Shown here: positions 23,250 to 32,800 of the stretch, piece by piece
How the letters are laid out: each line of letters begins with the position of its first letter
Numbering within the stretch: position 1 is the stretch's first letter
From: Acidimicrobiales bacterium
Lineage (GTDB): Bacteria > Actinomycetota > Acidimicrobiia > Acidimicrobiales > VFJN01
Direction: 5' to 3'
DNA length: 47,333 nucleotides
Assembly (NCBI GenBank): GCA_051306055.1
Contig: JBPPMN010000102.1
Span: forward strand, 1 to 47,333
Program-made: the position numbers and the translations under genes
The notes under the pieces: generated by a model
What the model saw: the letters and a program-made list of their open reading frames with translations, nothing else
Told to the model about the DNA's origin: nothing
Databases searched by the model: none

Positions 23250-24038
23250 ATGATCCAGGACCGGTTCCGGCTCGACGACAAGGTGGCCATCGTGACCGGC
23301 GCCGGCCGCGGCATCGGCGCCGCCTCGGCCATCGCCCTGGCCGAGGCCGGCGCCGACGTGGTGATCTCGTCGCGCACCGAGTCGCAGCTGGCCGAGGTGG
23401 CGAGGCAGGTGGAGGCGGTCGGTCGCCGGGCGCTGGTGGTGCCGGCCGACCTCAGCGACCTCGACGCCGTCGCCGGCCTGGCTGCCGCAGCCAAGGACGC
23501 CTTCGGCCGCATCGACGTGGTCGTCAACAACGTGGGCGGCAGCATGCCCCGGCCCTTCCTCGACACCTCCCCGGGTCGCCTCGTGCGCGAGTTCTCCTGG
23601 AACGTCGCCACCGCCCACGCCCTCACCCTGGCCGCGGTGCCGATCATGCTGGAGGGCGACGGCGGCGCCGTGGTGGGCATCTCCTCGATGATGGGCCGCA
23701 CGTCGGGACGGGGCTTCGTGGCCTACGGCACCGCCAAGGCCGCCCTGTCGCACTGGACGCGGCTGGCCGCCCAGGACCTCGCCCCCCGCATCCGGGTCAA
23801 CGCCATCGCGGTGGGGTCGATCGCCACCAGCGCACTGGAGATCGTGCTGGAGGACGACGGCCTGCGCACCGCCATGGAGCAGGGCACCCCGCTGCGGCGC
23901 ATCGGCGAACCCGAGGAGATCGCAGCGACCGTGCTGTACCTGGCCTCGCCCGCCGGCGGCTACGTCACGGGCAAGGTGGTGGAGGTCGATGGCGGCATCG
24001 AGCAGCCCAACCTCGACATGGGCCTGCCCGACCTCTGA
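23250..24038 (+). CDS. SDR family oxidoreductase (Rv0927c-like)
   Basis: [19 protein letters not shown]; C-terminus [10 protein letters not shown] resembles M. tuberculosis Rv0927c as recalled; AGGAG RBS. Confidence 0.9.
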   Translation: MIQDRFRLDDKVAIVTGAGRGIGAASAIALAEAGADVVISSRTESQLAEVARQVEAVGRRALVVPADLSDLDAVAGLAAAAKDAFGRIDVVVNNVGGSMPRPFLDTSPGRLVREFSWNVATAHALTLAAVPIMLEGDGGAVVGISSMMGRTSGRGFVAYGTAKAALSHWTRLAAQDLAPRIRVNAIAVGSIATSALEIVLEDDGLRTAMEQGTPLRRIGEPEEIAATVLYLASPAGGYVTGKVVEVDGGIEQPNLDMGLPDL

Positions 24039-24074
24039 AGCCGCCGCGGGCCACCGCGCTCGTAGGCTCAGGGG

Positions 24075-24410
24075 GTGGACCGGTACCAGTACCTCGCGCT
24101 GATGGGCGCCTGCCTGCTCATCACGCTCCCGCTGGAGCTGGTGCTCGGCGCCCGGGTGTGGCGCCAGCCCAAACGGCTGGTGCGGGCGCTGGCCCCGGCC
24201 TTCGGGGTGTTCGTGCTGTGGGACCTGTGGGCCACCGCCAGCGGCACCTGGGGGTTCAGCGAGCAGTACACCATCGGCATCGAGGCGCCCGGCGGGATGG
24301 CCATCGAGGAGCTGGTGTTCTTCGCCGTGATCCCGATCTGCGGGCTGCTCACCCTCGAGGCGGTGCGGAACCTGCTGCCACAGGTGACCGAGCGGGTGCG
24401 GTCGCGCTGA
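24075..24410 (+). CDS. crtYc: Lycopene cyclase domain protein (heterodimeric cyclase subunit)
   Basis: Hydrophobic; FVLWDLWA...WGF...IEELVFF motif; crt cluster context. Confidence 0.85.
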   Translation: MDRYQYLALMGACLLITLPLELVLGARVWRQPKRLVRALAPAFGVFVLWDLWATASGTWGFSEQYTIGIEAPGGMAIEELVFFAVIPICGLLTLEAVRNLLPQVTERVRSR

Positions 24411-24769
24411 TGCCGCCCATCTACCCCACGCTGGCCGTGCTGTCGGCCGTGCTGGTGATCCTGCTCGAGGTGAAGGTGCTGCGCACGGGGCTGTTCCGCG
24501 ACGCCGCCTACTGGATCTCGATGGCCATCTGCACGGCCTTCATGATCCCGGTCGACGGCTGGCTCACGAAGCTGTCGGCGCCCATCGTGCTGTACCGCCC
24601 CGAGGACAACACCGGCATCCGTCCCATCTGGGACATCCTCATCGAGGAGTACGCCTACGCCTTCGCCATGCTCACCGGCGTGATGCTCATGTGGGACTGG
24701 CTGGGGCGCCGCGAGGGCGGCGAAGATGGAGCCGCCATGACCGTCGACCACGAGGAGCTGGGGGTATGA
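24410..24769 (+). CDS. crtYd: Lycopene cyclase domain protein, second subunit
   Basis: TGATG overlap; IPVDGWLTKL...PIVLY...IEEYAYAF. Confidence 0.8.
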   Translation: MPPIYPTLAVLSAVLVILLEVKVLRTGLFRDAAYWISMAICTAFMIPVDGWLTKLSAPIVLYRPEDNTGIRPIWDILIEEYAYAFAMLTGVMLMWDWLGRREGGEDGAAMTVDHEELGV

Positions 24770-25242
24770 GCCCGCTGCTGCTCGTGCTGGCCGCCTTCGT
24801 GGCCATGGAGGCGGTGAGCTACGCCGCCCACCGCTGGGTGATGCACGGCTTCGCCATGGTGTGGCACCGCAGCCACCACGCCCCGAGAGACTCGTTCTTC
24901 GAGAAGAACGACCTGTTCCCGGTGTGCTTCTCGGCCGTGGGCATCGCCCTGTTCGCCCTCGGGGCCGGCGGCGCCAACGCACTGTGGTGGGTGGCCATCG
25001 GCGTCACGCTCTACGGCGCCGTCTACACCTTCATCCACGAGGTCTACATCCACCACCGCCTGCCCGTCCGGCTGCCGAAGCTGGCCTACCTGGAGTGGCT
25101 GCGCGAGGCCCACCGCGACCACCACCTCACCGGCGCCGAGCCCTACGGGATGCTCCTCCCGCTGGTGCGAGGCGACGTCCCCGAGGCCCGCCGAGCCGGC
25201 ACCGACCCCCTCGACCGCTCCGAGGTCACACCCGTCGGCTGA
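24766..25242 (+). CDS. crtZ: Beta-carotene hydroxylase (fatty-acid hydroxylase superfamily)
   Basis: ME-AAHRWVMHG, WHRSHH, FEKNDLF, IHEVYIHHR, AHRDHH histidine boxes. Confidence 0.85.
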   Translation: MSPLLLVLAAFVAMEAVSYAAHRWVMHGFAMVWHRSHHAPRDSFFEKNDLFPVCFSAVGIALFALGAGGANALWWVAIGVTLYGAVYTFIHEVYIHHRLPVRLPKLAYLEWLREAHRDHHLTGAEPYGMLLPLVRGDVPEARRAGTDPLDRSEVTPVG

Positions 25243-25711
25243 GCACCTTCAGGGCCCGGAGGCGGTTGTAGCGCTGGACGGCGATGAAGGGGGCGTTCAC
25301 CAGCACGCCGTAGGCCACCATCAGGCCCAAGCCGCTGGGTGGGTTCCACAGCGCGAAGACCGGACCGGCGGCCAGGGCCAACCAGTGACCCCGCTCGGCC
25401 CGGCGGGTCTCCGCCACGAAGCGGGGCAGGCCGCCGGAGAGCGTTCCGGTGAGCTCCCGCTTCGACACCCCACCCGAGAAGAGGGCCCCGGCCTCCGGCA
25501 GGTGGTCCTTCCACGACCGGATGCGCAGCACCCGCTGGTAGGTGCGGCCGTCGCGCTCCCAACGTCGGGACCCCAGCAGCGGGCCGTCGTGCTGGAGGCG
25601 GCCGAGGGGCAGGCGGTGCACCACGTACCCGCTGGCGGTGTGGATGACGGCCCAGGCCACCACGTTGGCCAGCAGCGTGCCCCAGAACGAGAGGCTGACC
25701 AGGACCGGCAT
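25226..25711 (-). CDS. Carotenoid glycoside acyltransferase, staphyloxanthin CrtO-like
   Basis: LRIRSWKDHLPEAG, FVAETRRAERGHW, NAPFIAVQRYNR. Confidence 0.78.
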   Translation of the reverse strand: MPVLVSLSFWGTLLANVVAWAVIHTASGYVVHRLPLGRLQHDGPLLGSRRWERDGRTYQRVLRIRSWKDHLPEAGALFSGGVSKRELTGTLSGGLPRFVAETRRAERGHWLALAAGPVFALWNPPSGLGLMVAYGVLVNAPFIAVQRYNRLRALKVLSRRV

Positions 25712-26802
25712 CAGGCCTTGCGCAGGTCGATCGACCGACCCCGCCAGGTGACCTGGCGGCGCACCACGCGCAGCACCAGCGAGCGGACGAACAGGACCAC
25801 GAAGGCCGTGAGCGCGACCGGGAACAGCACCGACGTCCACCAGCGGAACGAGCCGAGGCGGCGGAGCATCCAGGCCAGCTGCCCGGCCACCGCCGCGTAG
25901 GCGACGGCCGCCCAGGGCGTGGACCACAGCACCAGCTCGATGGCGGCCGACACGGCGGCGCACACCCACAGCACGGCACCGATGAGCGGGAGCGGGCGGG
26001 CCCGGCGGGCGCCGCCCGAGAGGTTCTTGCTCCAGCCCTCCACCAGCGAGCGCAGGCCGTCGGGGTACATGCGGAACCGCACCACGTCGCCGCCGCCCAG
26101 GCAGCGGACCGGCCGGTCGGTCCGCTCGAAGGCCCGGGCCAGGGCGATGTCCTCGATGCTCTCCCCCGCCACCGCCGCGAAGCCGCCGGCGGCGGCCAGC
26201 GCCTCACTGCTGGTGACGAGGCACGGACCGAAGGCCACCCCGGGGGATCGGGCCGGCCGCAGGGCCGCCGTGCCGGAGGCCAGCACCGACACCACGTTGG
26301 GGAAGGCCGACAGCTGCTCGTAGGGCCGCTCGGTGACGTGGAAGGGCTGCACCGACAGCAGCCCGTTCGGGGCGAGCCGGTCGTGGGCGGCGGCCAGGTG
26401 GGCCACGCCGTCAGGGCTGAGCCAGGTGTCGGCATCGAGCAGGAGGAGGACCTCGCCGCGGGCGGCGGCCACGCCGGTGGCGCAGGCCCACGGCTTGCCC
26501 GCCCACCCAGCCGGGAGGTCCTCGGTGGCCACCACGACCGCGCCGAGGTCGGCCGCGACGGCGGCGGTGGCGTCGGTGGAGCCGTCGTCGACCACGATCA
26601 CCTCGAGCGGGGGGACGTTCTGCGCTCGCAGCGACCCCAGCAGCCGCGGCAGGTTGTGGGCCTCGTCGCGAGCAGGCACCACCACCGAGACGGCGGCCGC
26701 CAGCGCCCCGTCGCCGGCCGCACCCGGGGTGCGCACCCGCCACAGCAGCACCAGGCCGGCCAGCCAACCGCCGGCCAGCAGGACGAGCGTGCTGGCGGTC
26801 AC
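25711..26802 (-). CDS. GT2 glycosyltransferase, CrtQ/CruC-like
   Basis: VVVPARDEA, VDDGSTD, GWAGKPWAC, LDAD, FGPC, EDIALA, RFRMY...GWSKN; N- and C-terminal hydrophobic segments. Confidence 0.85.
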   Translation of the reverse strand: MTASTLVLLAGGWLAGLVLLWRVRTPGAAGDGALAAAVSVVVPARDEAHNLPRLLGSLRAQNVPPLEVIVVDDGSTDATAAVAADLGAVVVATEDLPAGWAGKPWACATGVAAARGEVLLLLDADTWLSPDGVAHLAAAHDRLAPNGLLSVQPFHVTERPYEQLSAFPNVVSVLASGTAALRPARSPGVAFGPCLVTSSEALAAAGGFAAVAGESIEDIALARAFERTDRPVRCLGGGDVVRFRMYPDGLRSLVEGWSKNLSGGARRARPLPLIGAVLWVCAAVSAAIELVLWSTPWAAVAYAAVAGQLAWMLRRLGSFRWWTSVLFPVALTAFVVLFVRSLVLRVVRRQVTWRGRSIDLRKA

Positions 26803-27650
26803 CGCTCCTTGAGCACCATGCGCCCGGCCAAGGTGGCCTTGCGCCAGGTGGGCACGGTGGCCCGGGTGGTGAAGACGTCGTAGTCGGCCGCCTCGATCCG
26901 GTCGAGGATCTCCGAGTACAGGGTGCGGGCCGCCTTGATGCAGCGGGCCGAGGTGACCGGCAGCATGCCCACCCCCATGTCGGCCGAGCGGTAGAGCTGC
27001 CGGCACCGGTCGATCTCGAAGCGCATCAGCTGCCGCCAGGGCTCGTCGACCACGCGCCGGTGGGGGTCGGCGCCGAATCGGTCGAGGTCCTCCTGTGGGA
27101 TGTACACCCGGCCGCGGTCGAGGTCTTCGGCGACGTCGCGCAGGAAGTTGGTGAGCTGGAAGGCGTCGCCGAGGTCGCGGGCGTGCTGGAGAGCCTCGGG
27201 CTGCAGGGGCTCCAGGATCGGGAGCATCATCTCGCCGATCACGGCGGCGGAGCCGTCCATGTAGCCGAGCAGGTCGTCCCAGGTGGCGTAGCTGGTGACG
27301 GTGAGGTCCATGGCCATCGAGCGCAGGAAGCGCCGGAAGCAGTCCCGGTCGATGTCGAAGGCCCGCACGGTGTGAACGACGGCCTTGAGCACCGGGTCGT
27401 CGGAGCGGCCCACCTCGAGGTCGGCGAAGAAGCGGTCGCCGAAGTCGGTCAGGGCCTTCTCCCGCACCTCCACGGGGGCGGGGCCGAGGTCGTCGACGAT
27501 GTCGTCGGCGTGGCGGCAGAAGGCGTAGAGGGCCCACACGTGGTGGCGCTTGAGCCGGGGCAGGGCGTAGGTGGACCAGTAGTAGGTGGTGCCGTAGCGC
27601 TTGTTGAGCTCCCGGCACCGGGCGTAGCTCTCGTCGAGCGTGACGGTCAT
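26799..27650 (-). CDS. crtB: Phytoene synthase
   Basis: YAFCRHADDIVD, LGDAFQLTNFLRDVAEDLDRGRVYIP. Confidence 0.95.
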   Translation of the reverse strand: MTVTLDESYARCRELNKRYGTTYYWSTYALPRLKRHHVWALYAFCRHADDIVDDLGPAPVEVREKALTDFGDRFFADLEVGRSDDPVLKAVVHTVRAFDIDRDCFRRFLRSMAMDLTVTSYATWDDLLGYMDGSAAVIGEMMLPILEPLQPEALQHARDLGDAFQLTNFLRDVAEDLDRGRVYIPQEDLDRFGADPHRRVVDEPWRQLMRFEIDRCRQLYRSADMGVGMLPVTSARCIKAARTLYSEILDRIEAADYDVFTTRATVPTWRKATLAGRMVLKER

Positions 27651-27651
27651 C

Positions 27652-29139
27652 TCAGCCCTCCATGGCGGCGACGCGCTGCGCCGCCAGCATGCCCGACACC
27701 AGCACCATGGGCACGCCGACGCCGGGCAGGGTGCTGGATCCGGTGAACACGAGACCGGGCGCCCGCTTCTCCAGGTTCCCGGGACGGAAGGGTCCGGTCT
27801 GGCGGAACTTGTGCGACAGGGCGAAGGGCGTGCCCCGCTCCATGCCCTGGCGCTCCCAGTCGAGCGGGTCGACCAGCTCCTCCACGTCGATGGCGGTGGG
27901 GTACCCGAGGCGCTCGAGGTGGCCCAGCATCTGCTCGCGGGCCCGGGGACGCTCGCGGGTCCAGTCGACGGTGCCGTCGAGGTTGGGGGTGGGCTCGAGC
28001 ACGTAGATGGCGTGGCCGCCCTCGGGCGCCATCGTGGGCTCGTGGAGCGACGGCACGCTCACCAGCAGCGACGGGTCGGGCATCCGCACGCCGTCCTTGA
28101 GGATGGCCCGGAAGGCGCCGTCCCAGTCGGTGCCGAAGTGGATGTTGTGGTGCTCGGTGCCCGGCGGGAGGTCGCCCCGCACGCCGACGTGCCACACCAG
28201 CGCGGAGGGCGAGTAGTCGCCCCGTCGGGCCATCAGCGGCATGGGGGTGCCGGGCAGAAGGGTGCGGTAGGCCACGGGCAGGTCGGGGTTGGCCACCACG
28301 GCGTCGGCCTCGACCACCTCCCCATCCTCGAGGCGCACGCCGGTGACGGCCCCGGAGGTGCCCTGGCGCAGCAGGATGCGATCGACGCGGGTGTCGTAGC
28401 GGAAGGTGGCGCCGGCCCGCTCGGCGGCCGTGGCCAGGGCCACCGGCAGGGCGTGCATCCCACCCACGGGGATGAACACGCCGTTGACGCTGTCCATGTA
28501 GGTGATCACGGCGTAGATGGCCAGCGCCTCGTAGGGGGCCAGGCCGGCGTACATCGACTGGAAGCTGAAGATGCGCTGCAGGCGCTCGTCGGAGAAGTAG
28601 CTGCTCACCACCTTGGCCAGCTTGCGGAACCCGCCCATGCGCACGAGGTCGAGCGCCGGCTTGAGCGGCGAGGCGAGGTCGAGCGGCGAGTCGAAGCTGC
28701 GCTCGATGAAGTTGGGCATCTCGAGCTCGTAGAGCTTGCCCAGCCACTCGCAGAAGCGGCCGAAGGCCTCGGCTTCGGTGGGGCCGCAGACGCGACGGAT
28801 CTCCTCGGTCATGGCCTCGCGCCCGTGGCGCACGCGCAGCTCGGAGCCGTCGGCGTAGCAGGCGCGGTACATCGGGTCGACGGGCCGCAGGGTGAGCAGC
28901 TCCGAGCCGTCGACGCCCGCGGCCTCGAAGCAGCGGTCGATCAGGTTGGGCATGGTGAGCACGGTGGGCCCGGTGTCGAAGCGGTAGCCGCCGCGCTCCA
29001 GGCTGCCGGCGCGCCCGCCGGGGATCGAGGCCGCCTCCAGCACCGTGACGTCGTGGCCGGCCCCGGCCAGGTGGCAGGCGGCCGAGAGGCCGCCCAGGCC
29101 GGCACCGACGATGACCACCCGCTTCGCCACGGTCACCAC
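27652..29139 (-). CDS. crtI: Phytoene desaturase
   Basis: GAGLGGL FAD motif, GYRFDTGPTVLTMP, FQSMYAGL, PGVGVPMVLVSG. Confidence 0.94.
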   Translation of the reverse strand: MVTVAKRVVIVGAGLGGLSAACHLAGAGHDVTVLEAASIPGGRAGSLERGGYRFDTGPTVLTMPNLIDRCFEAAGVDGSELLTLRPVDPMYRACYADGSELRVRHGREAMTEEIRRVCGPTEAEAFGRFCEWLGKLYELEMPNFIERSFDSPLDLASPLKPALDLVRMGGFRKLAKVVSSYFSDERLQRIFSFQSMYAGLAPYEALAIYAVITYMDSVNGVFIPVGGMHALPVALATAAERAGATFRYDTRVDRILLRQGTSGAVTGVRLEDGEVVEADAVVANPDLPVAYRTLLPGTPMPLMARRGDYSPSALVWHVGVRGDLPPGTEHHNIHFGTDWDGAFRAILKDGVRMPDPSLLVSVPSLHEPTMAPEGGHAIYVLEPTPNLDGTVDWTRERPRAREQMLGHLERLGYPTAIDVEELVDPLDWERQGMERGTPFALSHKFRQTGPFRPGNLEKRAPGLVFTGSSTLPGVGVPMVLVSGMLAAQRVAAMEG

Positions 29140-30830
29140 CGCCGTTCGATGGCCAGGCCGGCCAGCTCGCGCAGAGCGGAGGCGGCCGGCTCGGGGAGCC
29201 CGACGAGCGCCTCGAGGGCGAGGGCGTGCTGGGCGGCGAGCAGCGCCTCCACCGAGGCCAGGGCGCCGGAGTCGGCCACCGCAGCGCGCGCCTCAGCGGC
29301 TCGCTCCTCGTCGAGGTCGGGGTCGCCCAGGCAGGCTTCGAGCACCCGGCGCTGGCCGTCGTCGGCCAGGCGGAGGGCTCGCAGCACCAGCACCGTGCGC
29401 TTGCCCTCGCGGAGGTCGTCGAGGGCGCTCTTGCCGGTGACGGCCGGATCACCGAAGAGGCCGAGGATGTCGTCGCGCATCTGGAAGGCGATGCCCACCG
29501 CGTCGCCGTAGGCGGCCAGGAGAGGGGACACCAGGTGGCCCTCGGGCGCCAGCGCGGCGCCCAGCTCCAGCGGGCGGGTGACGGTGTAGCGGGCCGACTT
29601 CAGCAGGGCGACGTGGCGGGCGCCGTCCTCGTGGGCGGCCGGGTCGGCGGCCAGCACGAGGTCGAGGTGCTGGCCGGCGATCACCTCGCGGCGCAGGGTG
29701 GTGAACACCGCCCGGGCGCGGGCGACGGCGTCGGCCGGGAGGTCGGTGGCGTCGAAGAGCTCGTCGGCCCATACGTAGGTGAGGTCGCCAGCCAGGATGG
29801 CGGCACTGCAGCCGAACCAGTCGCTGTCGCCCAGCCGATCGCCGGCGAGGTGGCGCTGGGCGAAGCCGGCGTAGGCGCTGGGACGACCGCGCCGCGTGGC
29901 CGAGCGGTCCATCACGTCGTCGTGGAGCAGAGCAAAGGTGTGCAGCAGCTCCACCGCCGCGGCAGGCCGCAGCACGGCCTCGTCGTGGTCGGCGCCGGCG
30001 GCCCGGTGGCCCCAGTAGACGAAGGCAGGGCGGAGGCGCTTGCCCCCGGCGTCGACCAGCGCCCGTATCTCGTCGGTGACCTCCGCCAAGGCGGGATCGA
30101 CGGCGACCGTCTCCGCCGCCTTGGCGTCGAGGAAGGTTCCGAGCAGCTCGCGCAGCGGGCCGCGGACGACGGCCAGCGGATCGCCCGCCGGCGCAACGGG
30201 AGCCGGGGCGCCGGCCAGGGCGATGGGCTGGTCGAGCAGCGTCTGCGAGCGGGCGGCGGCCGGGCCGTCGAGCCACTCGGCCGGGGAGGGGGCCAGGTCG
30301 TGCAGCTGGCGGATCTGCTCCACCGACCACGGGCTCAGGGTGGCGGGCTCGTGGGTGGCCCGGGCCACCAGGTCGTCCCAGCCCAGCCACACGAGGTCGT
30401 CGACCTCGTCGGGGTCGGCGGCGACCGGGCCCGTCACCTCGGCGACGGCCACGGGGCACAGCTCGTGCTCCACCGTGCCATCGGCCATCTGGGCACGGTA
30501 GGCGAAGTCGGGCAGCGCCAGCCCGACGCGACCCACCGCCAGGCCCAGCTCCTCGCCCACGCGCCGGGTGATGGCCTGGCGCATCGTCTCGCCGGTCTGG
30601 GGGTGTCCGCAGCAGCCGTTGGTCCAGGTTCCCGGCCAGGTGCGCTTGGAGAGCGCCCGACGGGTGAGGAGCACAGCGCCGTCGGCTCGCACGAGGTGGC
30701 AGGAGAAGGCCAGGTGCAGGGCGGTGGCGTCGTGGTGGGCGACCGCCTTGGGCTCGGTGGCGACGGGACGGCCACGCCGGTCGAGCAGCACCACGTGCTC
30801 CGTCGCCTGGGAGATCTCGCGCACCGACAT
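29133..30830 (-). CDS. Fused type-1 IPP isomerase (Idi) and polyprenyl/GGPP synthase (CrtE)
   Basis: N-terminal HLAFS, WTNGCCGHP, EHELCPV; C-terminal GGKRLRP, LLHDDVMD, FQMRDD, DDLREGK; one continuous frame; TAGCCT -10 7 nt before the ATG. Confidence 0.85.
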   Translation of the reverse strand: MSVREISQATEHVVLLDRRGRPVATEPKAVAHHDATALHLAFSCHLVRADGAVLLTRRALSKRTWPGTWTNGCCGHPQTGETMRQAITRRVGEELGLAVGRVGLALPDFAYRAQMADGTVEHELCPVAVAEVTGPVAADPDEVDDLVWLGWDDLVARATHEPATLSPWSVEQIRQLHDLAPSPAEWLDGPAAARSQTLLDQPIALAGAPAPVAPAGDPLAVVRGPLRELLGTFLDAKAAETVAVDPALAEVTDEIRALVDAGGKRLRPAFVYWGHRAAGADHDEAVLRPAAAVELLHTFALLHDDVMDRSATRRGRPSAYAGFAQRHLAGDRLGDSDWFGCSAAILAGDLTYVWADELFDATDLPADAVARARAVFTTLRREVIAGQHLDLVLAADPAAHEDGARHVALLKSARYTVTRPLELGAALAPEGHLVSPLLAAYGDAVGIAFQMRDDILGLFGDPAVTGKSALDDLREGKRTVLVLRALRLADDGQRRVLEACLGDPDLDEERAAEARAAVADSGALASVEALLAAQHALALEALVGLPEPAASALRELAGLAIERRW

Positions 30831-30850
30831 GGCGTGGAGGCTACCCGCTG

Positions 30851-30878
30851 TCGAGATAACCTCCACATCGTGTCTACA
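30851..30878. promoter_or_regulatory. CarH/CarA-type operator: three TnnACA-like repeats at 11-bp spacing
   Basis: TCGAGA 30851, TCCACA 30862, TCTACA 30873, overlapping the divergent promoters. Confidence 0.6.
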
Positions 30879-31715
30879 TCTGTTCCTGCGGCCGCCGGTC
30901 TGACCATCTCCGCGGTGGCCGCGCGCACGGGGGTGAGCGTCTCCGTGCTGCGGGCGTGGGAGGCCCGCCATGGCTTCCCGGAGCCGGAGCGGCTCCTCTC
31001 CGGCCACCGCCGGTACCCGGAAGCCGAGGTCGACCGGATCCTGCAGGTCGTGGCGGAGCGCAGGGCCGGCCGCACGTTGGAGGCGGCCATCACCGCCGTC
31101 CGCCACTCCGTCACCGATGCCCCCGCCGGGCTCCCCCAGCCTGGTGACCGCCACCGCTCGATCTTCGCCGGGCTCCGTCGGGCCCGTCCCGACCTCCATG
31201 CGCTGCCCCTCGGCCGCCGGACCATGCTGGCGCTGAGCCAGGCCATCGAGGACGAGGCCCGTGCGCACGCCGACCGACCTCACCTGATCGCCGCCTTCCA
31301 GACGCGCACCGCGTACGAGGCGGCCCACGACCGGTGGGCCGACCTCTCTGCCACCGCGGCCGCCACGATCGTCCTGGCCGACTTCCCGCGCAGCCGCCGC
31401 CGCGGCGCGGTGCTCGAGGTGGGCATCCCCGTCGGCGACCCCTTGCGCCGCGAGTGGTCGGTCGTGTGCGACGCCCCCGGCTCGGCCGCCCTCCTCGCTG
31501 GCTGGGAGCGGTCCGACGGGCGGTTCGAGGCGATCTGGACGGTGGACGCGCACGCCGTGCGGCTGGCCAGCGACCTCGGGCGCGGCCTCGCCGCGCACCA
31601 CGCCCCCCGCCTCGACCTGGGACCGGCGCCGGCCGCCGTCCACGACGACCCGGCCGCCGCGGTGGTCCGCAGCGCGGCGGTGACGCGGCGGGTGGTGGCC
31701 TACCTCGACCGGTGA
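30870..31715 (+). CDS. MerR-family (CarH/LitR-like HTH) regulator with C-terminal DICT sensory domain
   Basis: [37 protein letters not shown]; DICT-like [33 protein letters not shown] -10 7 nt before the GTG. Confidence 0.85.
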   Translation: [281 protein letters not shown]

Positions 31716-31719
31716 GCGA

Positions 31720-32766
31720 CTACCCCACGCTGGCGCTGTAGACGGGCAGGTCGAGCATGGTCAGCACGCCGGGCTCCGCCCGCACCACGTGGGGGATGGC
31801 GTTGACCACGTGCATGGCGGTGGCCAGGCAGCCGGCGTGGTTGTGGTCGCCGACGTCGCTGGAGAGGCCGAGCTCGATCTGCACGTGGGGCTCGCCCTCC
31901 ACGTTGATCCGGTAGCCGCTGCCCTGGGGCCAGTCGGGGGCGTCGCCGTCGCGCAGGCGGGTGACGTGCTCCACCACGATGCGCTCCTCGCCGTCGACCA
32001 GGCCGATGATCTCGAAGCGCATCCCCGAGATGGTGCCCTTCTCCACCGTGCCTGAGGCGATGGTGATGTCCTCGTCGGCGCGGATGATCTCGTGGGTCTC
32101 CTGCACGTCGTCGAGCTGCAGGCCGATGGCCGACGCCACCAGGTGCAGCACCGGGCCCCAGGCCAGCGCGGTGGACCCCGGCGACAGCAGCAGCGACTGC
32201 GACGGGTCCTGCTTCCCGAACCCCATGATCTGGAACATCGTGAAGGGGTTGTCCCAGGTGGCGTAGTTCACGATCTCCAGCATCCGCACCCGGCGCACCT
32301 CCTTGCAGAGGGCCAGGGCGTGGATGGTGATGCCGGCGTTGCCGAAGCCCGGGTCGATGCCCGAGGTGTAGAAGCTGCTGCCGCCCTCGAGGCAGGCCGC
32401 CTGGAGCCGGTCGTACACGCCATCGCCGGCCGCCTTCGGGAACAGCAGCGGCACGTAGGAGGTGTTCACCACGTTCGTCCCGCCAGCCAGCATGCCCACG
32501 ATGTCGTCGAGCACGCCGTCGGGGCGCAGGTCGGAGTTGGCCGTGTAGCAGACGCAGTCGGCATCGGAGGCCAGGAGCGCGGCGGCGTCCTGGGTGGCGG
32601 CCACGCCGGCCGGCGGGCCGCCGCACAGCTCACCGGCGTCCTTCCCCGCCTTGCTGTCGGAGTGCACCCACAGGCCGGCCAGCTCCAGCTCGGGATGGGC
32701 CACGATGGCGGGCACGGCGTGGATGCCCACGGTGCCGGTCGCCCACTGGATCACTCGGTAGGTCAC
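31720..32766 (-). CDS. Dihydrodipicolinate-reductase-like / NAD(P)H-dependent amine dehydrogenase family protein (Rv0926c-like)
   Basis: VIQWATGTVG, SGIDPGF, MGFGK, EHVTRL, GDHNHAG-ATAMHVVNAIP. Confidence 0.85.
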   Translation of the reverse strand: MTYRVIQWATGTVGIHAVPAIVAHPELELAGLWVHSDSKAGKDAGELCGGPPAGVAATQDAAALLASDADCVCYTANSDLRPDGVLDDIVGMLAGGTNVVNTSYVPLLFPKAAGDGVYDRLQAACLEGGSSFYTSGIDPGFGNAGITIHALALCKEVRRVRMLEIVNYATWDNPFTMFQIMGFGKQDPSQSLLLSPGSTALAWGPVLHLVASAIGLQLDDVQETHEIIRADEDITIASGTVEKGTISGMRFEIIGLVDGEERIVVEHVTRLRDGDAPDWPQGSGYRINVEGEPHVQIELGLSSDVGDHNHAGCLATAMHVVNAIPHVVRAEPGVLTMLDLPVYSASVG

Positions 32767-32800
32767 TGCTTCCCCCTCGTCGACGGTCGAGGGGACACTA

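Noticed and set aside
29133-31715. N-terminal extensions of Idi-CrtE (to 31643) and of MerR (from 29226)
   Set aside because: Each is antisense to the other gene; -10 boxes support starts at 30830 and 30870
30870-31715. Calling the regulator CarH/LitR
   Set aside because: No cobalamin-binding motifs seen; the C-terminus is DICT-like
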